Shown here: in pieces, positions 38,301 to 50,293 of the stretch | Position numbering within the stretch: position 1 is the first letter of the stretch | Layout: every line of letters begins with the position of its first letter | Source: Octopus vulgaris | Taxonomy: Eukaryota | Reading direction: 5' to 3' | DNA length: 64,000 nt | Assembly (NCBI GenBank): GCA_951406725.2 | Contig: OX597816.1 | Coordinates: forward strand, 31,806,001 to 31,870,000 | The notes under the pieces: generated by a model | The model's database searches: none | Told to the model about the DNA's origin: nothing | What the model saw: only the letters and a program-made list of their open reading frames with translations | Made by a program: the position numbers and the translations under genes

Positions 38301-39300
38301 AGCAGCTATAAGTATAGCATTCCGTTGTAGACCTAAGCAGCTCTTTCTATATTATCAATAATTTCTACATCTTGAAATAATTTCTTCACTTGACGGGAAT
38401 GGTCAATATTTCGTAAACGGCTATTGCTACGTCAGCGGCAAGAATATAACTTGATTTATAGAGAAGAATTACATATGCTACACGTTTGTTTCTGTATAAA
38501 TTCATTTCATATAGAAACAATTAGAATTAGTGTAAAAGCTATGTTTGAGGCTGAACTTCTAGGACTTCTACTCGACAACGTCTACGGAATACAGTGCGGG
38601 TATTTTTCTTAGTTTGTGGGGTCAAGAAGATGGGTACCTCCATAGCTATCCTACCGAACAGCATGGAACTTAATGGCGCATCTCCTTTTACCCCCAGCCT
38701 ATACTGAACCAGCACGAAATAAATTAATATTCAGCGGCAGCTATCGTTACCAATGATTTTGATGGAGATTCTTATGCCCTGCTTTTGAAAGTACAGTGTA
38801 TACATTTTATAGACAGGCGGATGTCTGGTATATCATCCGCGCTTCTATCTTCCTGTAGTGTTTTCTTTAATAAATATATACGTAGTGGCACACTACATTC
38901 GTCTGCCAATGAAGATCACTTGACTTACATATCGGCTGAGTTAAAATGATTATGGCCACGCATATTATTAATAAGTTGCAGTGGAATAAAAATTATTGGT
39001 GTCTTTTTGTTTTCTTTATTTTCTAAATGGAAAAATTATTTTTTCAGTTACATTTTAGGGAAAGAGTTGTGAAATTTTCACGAGTAATTTATTTTGTCAA
39101 TGATATGAGACCAAATATAACGCTCTTCACAAATGATATACTACGCTTGATTTTTTTTTTCTTTATCAGTCACAAGATAGGAAGACTCTTAGCGATATAA
39201 AAGTATCTATGTACAAGAATTTTTTCGTAAAAATTATATTCAGTCTTCTGAAATTCTTTCGCTTTGAAGTGACACGTAAAAACCTTTTACCTCTTCTGTA

Positions 39301-39342
39301 ATAATAATGATAATAATAATAACAACAACAACAACAATTATG

Positions 39343-39407
<65 letters not shown>

Positions 39408-39487
39408 TAGAAGAGGAGAAGAAAAAGAAGAAATAGTAGAAGAAGAAGAAGAAGATGAAGGAGAAGAAAAAGAAGAAGAAGAAGAAA
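39301..39487. repeat. (AAT)n/(GAA)n microsatellite
   Basis: Direct reading. Confidence 0.95.
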
Positions 39488-40049
39488 ATTACTGTAGTTA
39501 CATCTCCTATTGAAATAACTGAAGGTCATCATGAACGAAAATATGTTAAAATGCCAAAAGCAAAATAACTGAGAATATGACATAAAGAATCAGCAAAATC
39601 AAAATTGAAGCATTTTGAAAAAACAAATGAAGTACTTATCCAAACCAAAGCAGCATGAATATGAAGGCTGGAAAAAAGACATCAAGCATTTTTAGAATAA
39701 ATATATGTTCCGGAATAATTCGAAAAGATTTAAATGGAAAATTGCAAAAACTAATATAACTATTAAAACTGCAATTATGGAGGTGGGAGTGCAAATGTTT
39801 CGGACAGCAATCTGGCTACTCCAAAAAGAACACATTCGTGGTCCTCTCTGGAGACTCTGGAAATGTCATGGAACAAATATGCAATACCTCATAATCTCAG
39901 GACTCGACTTAGAAAATCCAGGAAACAAAAGTCACCTAAGAAAAGAAATAAGTCGTAAGAATTTTCTCACTGATTTCCTTGAATCATATGGGAGAATGAT
40001 TCACTTCTACATTTAATAATATCCGCCTCGTGAAAATCCCTTCTTTAGA

Positions 40050-40752
40050 TGTTTCATCCTTTATTTATTGTTGTTAGGTACTATGGCTTCTTTGTTGTGC
40101 TTGTCAGTTTCTTGAAAAAGTGTAAACAGCTATTCTTTTTTGGTTTTCCTCGTGTCTTTTGGCTATTTGTATTTGTATCAGTTGGTACTGAAAAAGGAAT
40201 TTATGTAATCATATGGTGGTTATTTTGTGCTAGATTTTTAGCTTCATAAGGCCTCTACCATACATTGTATATATATAACCTTTCTATGTCAGATTGTGTG
40301 TTGGGCTTCCTAAATTCTGTCATTACTTTTCTAAATTTCCTGTCTATTTGGATTAATTTATTTAGAGTCCAGTTAAGAATACTGTAACTGTAACTTATTA
40401 GTGGGACGACTAGAGTGTTGAAACCTAGTGTGGTATTTTTCGCATTTAGCTTTGTTTTCTGCACTAATCTCACTCGGCTATAATATTCTTTTCTTATCTT
40501 TTCTTTCATTTATGTGTGTTGTATCGTATCTACGTCATTGATTGTATATCTGACTTTTGTCTACACCTTTTATTTAATTTGCTTTACCTAGTGTAATATA
40601 TCTACTCTTAACTAGTTTTCCTGTTTCCAACGTTGCTTTGGCATATGTTTCTAATGGAAATTTCACGTTTAACTCTTTGGTAAATCCATGTACTCTCTGT
40701 AGTAATGTCCCCACTTGTTTATAATTCGTAGTGTAGTTTTAGAAATTCCATA
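40050..40752 (-). mobile_element. Diverged R4/Dong-clade RT C-terminal fragment
   Basis: MKEKIRKEYYSRVR...IDRK...SDIERLY is homologous to 22853-23248. Confidence 0.85.
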
Positions 40753-41263
40753 CTGGAAAATTGCTAAAACTAATATAACTATTAAAATCAAACTTACTGA
40801 TCGAATTATCATGTCCATTTGATTCCAGGATCGTAAAGAAAGAGGAAGAAAAAAAACTAGAATTTTAATTCCTTAAAATCTGAAAAAATGGGAATCGAGA
40901 CAAGAGCACATTACACGTTGTGCATAAAATAATTGGTGCAAATATAAGGACAAATATTTGAAGGAGAAGGTAATAGTATGCCCGGTGGTGTTTCAAAATA
41001 AAGTTTGTCTCTTACGGACGGCAAGGATCTTCAAGAAGTTTCTAAACACTTGAGAGAGAGAGAGAGAGAGAGAGGAAATCTTGCGGATACCTGAAGTTAA
41101 TACTAGTAACGCGCTACCCACATAGGGCCTACCAGAAATAAGGCAGGACCTGAGCCAAACCAGAGCAATTATAATACTAATTTCTACTATAAGCACATGG
41201 TCAGCAAGTTCGATGGGCTGGTTAAGTCTAATACATTATTCCCAGTGATCGACTCAAATTTAT

Positions 41264-41791
<528 letters not shown>

Positions 41792-41816
41792 TAATAATAA
41801 TAATAATAATAATAAT

Positions 41817-41861
<45 letters not shown>

Positions 41862-41862
41862 C

Positions 41863-41968
<106 letters not shown>

Positions 41969-41996
41969 TAATAACAATAATAATAATAATAATAAT

Positions 41997-42320
41997 ACTG
42001 GACTAAACTAAACGCAAAAGAAATAGACAAAGAAAAATCCCAGCAATGGTTGAGAAGCTCAGGACTCAAAGCAGAGACAGAGGGAGTTTTAATTGCAGCA
42101 CAAGACCAAAGCCTCCCCACCAGAAATTACCAAAAACATGTGATGAAAAGAAATATAACAAGTAACTGCAGAATATGTGGAGATGGACAAGAAACAATAA
42201 ATCATATTATCTCTGGCTGCCCAGTCCTGGCTGATAAGGAATATATTCACAGACATGACGGAGTTGGAACCTACATACACTGGAAGCTATGCCAACATTA
42301 TGGAATAACAACAGAAAAAA
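41997..42320 (+). mobile_element. R4/Dong-clade family B internal fragment (zinc knuckle region)
   Basis: GLKAETEG...AAQDQ...CRIC...HII..C is nearly identical to 22360-22685 in reverse complement. Confidence 0.9.
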
Positions 42321-43194
42321 TATGTTCCTGATTTCGAAACGTCTGTAATTCTAAACGTCTATAATTTATTAGAAGCATCCATTGCCCAAATTTTGTTTTT
42401 TCTATCAAATGAATTCATAAAATGTTAGGGAAACATCTGCAATTTGGTAAGAGAATTTACGTTGTTATTGCCTGTTCTTTTCACAAACATTTCACTTGAT
42501 AATCACACGTCATTACAGTATTGGAAATTAATTTCACAAACATGTTTCGTTAGTCATCTTGCCAACTTATATAGAGATCGCATTGTGTATCTAATTACAC
42601 CTTTGACTTCTTTTCTATCACGCTGCATACATATACCGGCATATTTCATAAACAATAGATATTTGTTTATTGAATGCACTTGATTGTTTTATTAGCTGAC
42701 ATTTTCAATCATGTTTCTCTAACAATAGGTGATATCGAAGCAAATGAACAATCACAGCTTGATAGTTGCGTAAAAATACAATCTCAGCAGAGGATAACTA
42801 AGAACATTTTATTGTATTTTTAATTTCATTTCTGATGACAAAACCTAATAACTTTCCTTGAATAAAGATCTCAAACATGATACCCTCACCATTAAGCTCC
42901 GTTAGATTTATCACAACGACAGCTGTTTCCTTTATACGAAGGCATAGAAGAATGATTCATTTCTTTAAGGATTCACTAATCAGTTGAGACCAGAGGCCAT
43001 GAGAGCTAGTGCCCTTATTATCATCATTATTGTTGTTTTTATTGTTATTGTTGATGCTGTTGTTGTTATTGTCATATATTTGAATTTTACTTTGTGTTTG
43101 ATATTATTATTACTATTATTATTATCATTGTTTTTGCTGCTATCGTTTTACTTCTCAGAGTGCTCAAGTCTTGTTTGCTCAGGTAGATTTTGCT

Positions 43195-44640
43195 AGGACA
43201 GCTTGGTTGTTAATTATCATGGAACATGTTCAAAGTACGAAACGCAAAATCCTAGCTCTTCCAGCAGAGCAATTTTACGATTTTGTCCAGCTCTCACGTT
43301 AATTCCGATTTCTCGAAGTAGGTTGTTAGTGCTCCGAGTGCACTAAAACTACTGGGGTGACAGCCACTCTCTTCATAGTCCACATTCAAGCAATTTCGTC
43401 TTTTATTAGTCTGTAAATTCTGTTCATTGTTTCTTTTGCGTGCATTCCCAGATATTACAAAATCAATAATCTTGGTTTCGTTTTTTCCCTTACCTGCCAC
43501 AATATATGGTGCCCGAGCATCGATTAGAGAGACACACTGGATTGTAAAATCCCACTGTATCTAATATTCTTTGCTTTCGGTAACTCGTTCTGCATCATGT
43601 TGGTACAATTTCAAAAATAGCTTGAGAGGCGGTTGGATGGAACCTACACTCGCCTCCTTATGAGAGCTCAAAATCTCTCGTGAAAGCGCCATCCAACGAA
43701 AATTCAAATATATTGGAAACTACCACCTGTGTCATCTCTTGTGAAAGGTAAGAGAGTCCAGTTTGCTGGACATTGTTGTAGAGCTGAAAAAGAGGTAATT
43801 ACTACTCTTCTCCTCTGGAAGCCATCTACTCGCAATACCAGAGGGCGCACACTCTCCTACCCTGATGTAATCTCCGGGATACAGGCATCCAGCAACAGGA
43901 CCTCTGTAATGCCATGATGGACCGTTAAGTCTGGCGTAGCATGGTAAATTCCATTGTCTCGACCACGGTCGGTCGAACAATTTCCGTGCTCTGTCCAGCC
44001 GGTGCTTTTCACTTAGCCTCCACTGGACGAACTTAGCTACAGAATCGAACATCATTTTGTAGTGCTTTTGGAACAGTTTACTACACCCACTGACAACATG
44101 TGAGATTGTTTCGTTTTCCCTGCCACACATCCAACAATAGAGCGAGTCGCAGCTCTGATGTGTTTCGAACTTGGTATAATTAGCTCTCATTGCTTGTTCC
44201 TGGGCGCTGAATATCAACGCTTCAGTGCAACTTTTCAGATGACTTTTATTTAGCCATTTCAAAATGTTGATATTGACTCCTACTTCGATTCTTCTAAGGT
44301 ATTACCCATGCAGTTCTTTCTTCTTCATCTTCTTTCTTAAATGTTCTTAGGTGCCACATATTTTCGGTAAAGTCGATTGGAACAGCAGCAAGCAGGTATT
44401 CACTCCGCATTTTGATATACTATCACAGACTGTTCTTCTCTTTCATAACACACATCATGAATCATGTGGGACCCCTTCCACCTCTGCACCTAGGCACATA
44501 CAGCCTAACAGCCTAGCTTTTGAAGTGTAGTTCCTTGTTAATTGTCACATTTTACTGGCTTTCCTGTCCATTTCCTCATATTCGTTCTTTGTCTAACTAA
44601 CATGGCCTGCAACGCATCACAGTATGGAACACAAGCCATG
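43195..44640 (-). mobile_element. Old degraded R4/Dong-clade element interrupted by an RTE fragment
   Basis: KSCTEALIFSAQEQ...CWMC...HVVSGC, and KIIDFVISG. Confidence 0.75.
43617..43978 (+). mobile_element. RTE-clade LINE 3' fragment
   Basis: LERRLDGTYTRLLMRAQNLS*KRHPT...QFAGHC.R...LLLWKP...RG, typical of an RTE-type C-terminus. Confidence 0.75.
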
Positions 44641-44689
44641 TGTTCATTGCCCTCACTGCTATCATTATTATTATTATTATTATTATCAT

Positions 44690-44720
<31 letters not shown>

Positions 44721-45177
44721 GAGTGAGAGAGCACTGCTTGCCATGAAATTTGTACCGGGGTAAAATATACGAAGACCAGTATACCCTTCATGACTATCCC
44801 TCTGATAAGGGCACACCAGGCACATGCATCACGGCTATATGTTCGCGGCATAATGATCTCATATCAAGACAAGCAGCACATGTCCAGTTAAAATTTTCTT
44901 CTGGTCGAGAAACACATCCCGCTCAAAAGGTCCCTGAATAAGGGCTGTTCAATGACATTGAACAAAACACCCATGTTCCCAGAGGTGAAGTTTTCAAACT
45001 CCAAAGATTCCCTCTCAATACATGGCTATGATGCTCCCCCACTAGAGTTGCACATATCGTCAGGTACTAAGGGAAATGGTCAACTGGTTAAGAGCAAACA
45101 ACTAATTAAGCAAATCCGTGGTACTGAACAGAATATTGGCTGTAGCCCATCTTTTATACCAAGACAAAACAATGTTG

Positions 45178-45180
<3 letters not shown>
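44721..45180 (-). mobile_element. Second copy of the family D repeat
   Basis: Colinear with 12847-13308 and flanked by (ACT)n/(ATT)n. Confidence 0.75.
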
Positions 45181-45215
<35 letters not shown>

Positions 45216-45245
45216 GTTGTTTTTATTTTTATTATTAATATTCAT

Positions 45246-45324
45246 GTCACTACCTGGAATCGAACTCTGAATATTGGCGTTAGTAGCCCGCGCCTTTAAC
45301 CACTGTGCCATATACCTACGGGCA
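45246..45324 (-). mobile_element. Short tRNA-derived SINE or tRNA-like head with an (AAT)n tail
   Basis: Minus strand has A box tggcacagtgg and B box gttcgattcc, followed by (AAT)n. Confidence 0.65.
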
Positions 45325-45334
45325 TATTTAATTA

Positions 45335-46180
45335 GATATAGCTAAGAAATAGCATTTGGTATGCATATACCGCTTTATCTAGGTTAGGCTCATTTCCCTT
45401 TGACTTAATTATCGTTCTCATCCTTCTCATGCACTCTTCTATTTTATTTTTTGTTTCTATAATTAGTACTTTATCAGACTTTAATACTTCTAGATCTGTA
45501 TAATGTTCTACTCCCTGTAATAATTTTATCGTCTGGTCGTCTAGTATCTAAATCTTCTCATTGCTAATTACCTGTCTCTTCTTTATAACTAATGTTGAGC
45601 ACTTATCTCTGCCAAATTCCATACCTGCATCTTTCATGAAGTCTTACAGTTTGTACTAAACGATATATTGTTTTTCCATCTTTTTACTAACACCCCTCAA
45701 CTCATTTATGTAGAGTAGATGGTTAAGCTTCCATTTACTTGCTCTAAATAGAGTCTACCTTTGCTTTTCTTACTACTAAACTAGGGTAGATGGATTAAAC
45801 ACAATATATAAATTAAAGCGGATAAAGAGTCTGCCATGAAAATACTTATTTTGCAATTCATTTTCTCAAAGGCTTTGTAACCTGAGTAGAGCTGTACTTT
45901 CATTGCCTCAGGCAATTAACTCTCTTACCTTAGTTGCAATACAAAATATACTTAAACATTATTTTATCCCATAGTATGGCATCATATCAAAGACTTCCTT
46001 AAAATATTCACATAGCATTCCTTCTGTATTTAACTTCTTTTAGAACTGCTTTGCTGATTTGTAATAGATCATGCGTTGTTCAAGGCATCGACCTGCAAGC
46101 ATTCTGTTCTTCTGAAAGAACATTCTGGATGCTATGTTTCTCGTAAATGCTTTCTTGTAGGCTACTGTTTAGAACTTCCG
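45335..46180 (-). mobile_element. Highly degraded R4/Dong-clade RT fragment
   Basis: Minus strand encodes DAGMEFGRDKC (compare DIRMQFGLDKC) and an FD..P-like segment. Confidence 0.6.
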
Positions 46181-46581
46181 ATTATTATTATAATTATTGG
46201 TTATATTGACATGAGGGCGAAAAGCAGACACTGAATGCGATTGAGCATTCACGTCCATGACTTACAAGACATGGTGGTCTGCAGATGCTGGAGGGGAAGA
46301 CATGTTATAGCAGTTGATTTACATATTTTAATTAGATGTAACATCAATAAAAATCTATTGTGAAATATACAAAATGCTTATTATATTTTTCCCTGGTTAA
46401 ACATTTATAGTTATTCGCTTAAACATGGAATGTTGAGCTCTTTTTAGATTGCGTTGTATCCAAATCTGCCCTGTTCACGTATTTCGTACGCAGTTCTGTT
46501 TAAAACGATATTATCCTTCAGCGATGGGTGCTGAACCTGATTGCACTGGCTTTCACACACACATATACATACACACATACA

Positions 46582-46627
<46 letters not shown>

Positions 46628-46799
46628 TATAATGATTATTATTCAATAATATTGATGATAACTATAATAATGATAATAACAATTATTAGAAATTTAAATA
46701 TATTTATATAATTTTAATGAAGGCATATATTAATTTTGACTACACTTCTATTTCTATCAAAGCTGGTACTACTCTCATTCCCTTCATTATATATATATA

Positions 46800-47310
46800 T
46801 AAGAGGCAGGCAACAGGTTGCTTAGCCACATACCGAAAAAATTAGAAATAGCAGTCAATGACTGTTTATTTCTAGTTTCTACAAATGAAACTCCACATAC
46901 GACATATCCCTGTAATTCGGATATGCAAAACAGAAGGAAGAAATAACGAAAACAATGTCTAACGGTCATTTACGAACGCGTTTCTAGATTAGGAATACAA
47001 TAAAATATAAATTCCATGTCTTTCATCAGCGTAAACCTCCACTAAAATAGATTTATCAAATGCTACGTACCTCCACTCTCGATCAGGCGACATCGAAATA
47101 CTGGAAGAAAGGAAGCATAGGCTAAACTATATAGACGATTGAATTCGTAAATTTTCCCTCCAAAATTTTACCATGCGTATTACAAAAATTGTTCTTTAGA
47201 GATAGAAATTATGGGTTGTCGTAAGGGAGTAAAAATTCCAATTAGTAATATAATAAGAGTAAATAAAAGCATAATGGCTTTTAAAAAAAACTGGTAGATT
47301 TCGGCATGTA
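46800..47310 (-). mobile_element. Monomeric retrozyme/pLTR-like element inserted in (TA)n, related to 2735-3718
   Basis: Shares ccacataccgaaaa.attagaaatagcag, gaaataacgaaa, gcgacatcg, tttccctccaaaa and gtaagggag with the 2.7-kb element, in the same order. Carries a hammerhead. Confidence 0.75.
46969..47035 (-). ncRNA. Type I hammerhead ribozyme
   Basis: Minus strand: tttacg-CTGATGA-aaga..ggaat...attcc..tcta-GAAA-cgcg-TT-cgtaaa. Perfect 6-bp stem I, palindromic stem III (aacgcgtt), GUU cleavage triplet, A-A mismatch at the base of stem II. Confidence 0.75.
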
Positions 47311-47328
47311 AATATATATATATATATA

Positions 47329-48009
<681 letters not shown>

Positions 48010-48159
48010 ATATAAGAGAGTGGTCACTATATTGCTCACTCTAGCACCAGTTAATCCAAAAGGTTTCAACCACGAAAATACATGCTTACCATGAAAGTCA
48101 GTACGATTGTTAGCTCACACGGACAGGGCAAATAAAAAATAACAAAAATACAGATTATT

Positions 48160-48237
48160 TTGGGACAATTGTTTCGCTATTAATGAATTAAATGTAATTT
48201 TACTTACAAAAAAATCCATTTGTAGCTCGTCAGCCAA
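48160..48237 (-). ncRNA. Type I hammerhead ribozyme (array copy 1)
   Basis: Reverse complement of the motif at 48808-48886, with one T fewer in the stem II insert. Confidence 0.85.
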
Positions 48238-48807
48238 GACTATCTGGATGAAATCCACTCAATCACACGCCAGATTTTACCATAACGATAAATACGCGTG
48301 TGGTTCAATTGATTACATCCGACGTTATAATTCAAATGCCCCAACCAACAGCGCGCCAAACTTTCACGGAAAACAAATACAGCATTTAGAAATAAATGCA
48401 GCATAATTATAATTAATTAATAAGGGTGAGAGAATTAGATACTAATTTAATAGTATATTTCTTCAACACCAAGTGGCCTAGTGCTTCGAGAAACCTGGAT
48501 TATTATAATATTTTATAACATATTATAATATTTTTACAAAATAAATATAAGAGAGTGGTCACTATATTGCTCACTCTAGCACCAGTTAATCCGAAAGGTT
48601 TCAACCACGAAAATACATGCTTACCATGAAAGTCAGTACGATTGTTAGCTCACACGGACAGGGCAAATAAAAAATAACAAAAATACAGATTATTTTGGGA
48701 CAATTGTTTCGCTATTAATGAATTAAATGTAATTTTACTTACAAAAAAATCCATTATCGTTATGGTAAAATCTGGCGTGTGATTGAGTGGATTTCATCCA
48801 GATAGTC

Positions 48808-48886
48808 TTGGCTGACGAGCTACAAATGGATTTTTTTTGTAAGTAAAATTACATTTAATTCATTAATAGCGAAACAATTGTCCCAA
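48808..48886 (+). ncRNA. Type I hammerhead ribozyme (array copy 2)
   Basis: ttgg-CTGACGA-gcta-(44 nt)-tagc-GAAA-caattg-TC-ccaa. Stem I extends via cagat/atctg. Predicted cleavage after 48882. Confidence 0.88.
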
Positions 48887-49343
48887 AATAATCTGTATTT
48901 TTGTTATTTTTTATTTGCCCTGTCCGTGTGAGCTAACAATCGTACTGACTTTCATGGTAAGCATGTATTTTCGTGGTTGAAACCTTTTGGATTAACTGGT
49001 GCTAGAGTGAGCAATATAGTGACCACTCTCTTATATTTATTTTGTAAAAATATTATAATATGTTATAAAATATTATAATAATCCAGGTTTCTCGAAGCAC
49101 TAGGCCACTTGGTGTTGAATAAATATACTATTGAATTAGTATCTAATTCTCTCACCCTTATTAATTAATTATAATTATGCTGCATTTATTTCTAAATGCT
49201 GAATTTGTTTTCCGTGAAAGTTTGGCGCGCTGTTGGTTGGGGCATTTGAATTATAACGTCGGATGTAATCAATTGAACCACACGCGTATTTATCGTTATG
49301 GTAAAATCTGGCGTGTGATTGAGTGGATTTCATCCAGATAGTC

Positions 49344-49422
49344 TTGGCTGACGAGCTACAAATGGATTTTTTTTGTAAGTAAAATTACATTTAATTCATT
49401 AATAGCGAAACAATTGTCCCAA
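49344..49422 (+). ncRNA. Type I hammerhead ribozyme (array copy 3)
   Basis: Same motif, 536 bp downstream. Predicted cleavage after 49418. Confidence 0.88.
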
Positions 49423-49879
49423 AATAATCTGTATTTTTGTTATTTTTTATTTGCCCTGTCCGTGTGAGCTAACAATCGTACTGACTTTCATGGTAAGCAT
49501 GTATTTTCGTGGTTGAAACCTTTTGAATTAACTGGTGCTAGAGTGAGCAATATAGTGACCACTCTCTTATATTTATTTTGTAAAAATATTATAATATGTT
49601 ATAAAATATTATAATAATCCAGGTTTCTCGAAGCACTAGGCCACTTGGTGTTGAAGAAATATACTATTAAATTAGTATCTAATTCTCTCACCCTTATTAA
49701 TTAATTATAATTATGCTGCATTTATTTCTAAATGCTGTATTTGTTTTCCGTGAAAGTTTAGCGCGCTGTTGGTTGGGGCATTTGAATTATAACGTCGGAT
49801 GTAATCAATTGAACCACACGCGTATTTATCGTTATGGTAAAATCTGGCGTGTGATTGAGTGGATTTCATCTAGATAGTC

Positions 49880-49958
49880 TTGGCTGACGAGCTACAAATG
49901 GATTTTTTTTGTAAGTAAAATTACATTTAATTCATTAATAGCGAAACAATTGTCCCAA
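49880..49958 (+). ncRNA. Type I hammerhead ribozyme (array copy 4)
   Basis: Same motif. Predicted cleavage after 49954. Confidence 0.88.
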
Positions 49959-50236
49959 AATAATCTGTATTTTTGTTATTTTTTATTTGCCCTGTCCGTG
50001 TGAGCTAACAATCGTACTGACTTTCATGGTAAGCATGTATTTTCGTGGTTGAAACCTTTTGGATTAACTGGTGCTAGAGTGAGCAATATAGTGACCACTC
50101 TCTTATATTTATTTTGTAAAAATATTATAATATGTTATAAAATATTATAATAATCCAGGTTTCTCGAAGCACTAGGCCACTTGGTGTTGAATAAATATTC
50201 TATTAAATTAGTATCTAATTCTCTCACCCTTATTAA

Positions 50237-50293
<57 letters not shown>

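Larger units (their letters stand above)
48003..50243. mobile_element. Retrozyme/pLTR-like array of 535-536-bp units: about 1.4 copies (48003-48755) joined to about 2.8 inverted copies (48755-50243), flanked by (TA)n
   Basis: ataaatataagagag at 48006 and 48541. tatcgttatgg at 48755, 49291 and 49827. Units are near-identical, no ORF of 60 aa or more, one hammerhead per unit. Confidence 0.9.

Noticed and set aside
39735-40790. ~35-bp direct repeat tggaaaattgc.aaaactaatataactattaaaa at about 39736 and about 40755
   Set aside because: It does not precisely flank the R4 fragment, so it cannot be called a target-site duplication.
45246-45324. Functional tRNA gene
   Set aside because: A and B boxes are present, but the acceptor stem does not pair and an (AAT)n tail follows, so it was treated as SINE-like.
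48003-50243. CRISPR-like or simple satellite interpretation of the tandem array
   Set aside because: There are no short repeats with unique spacers and no cas genes. Units are 536 bp, partly inverted and carry ribozyme motifs.
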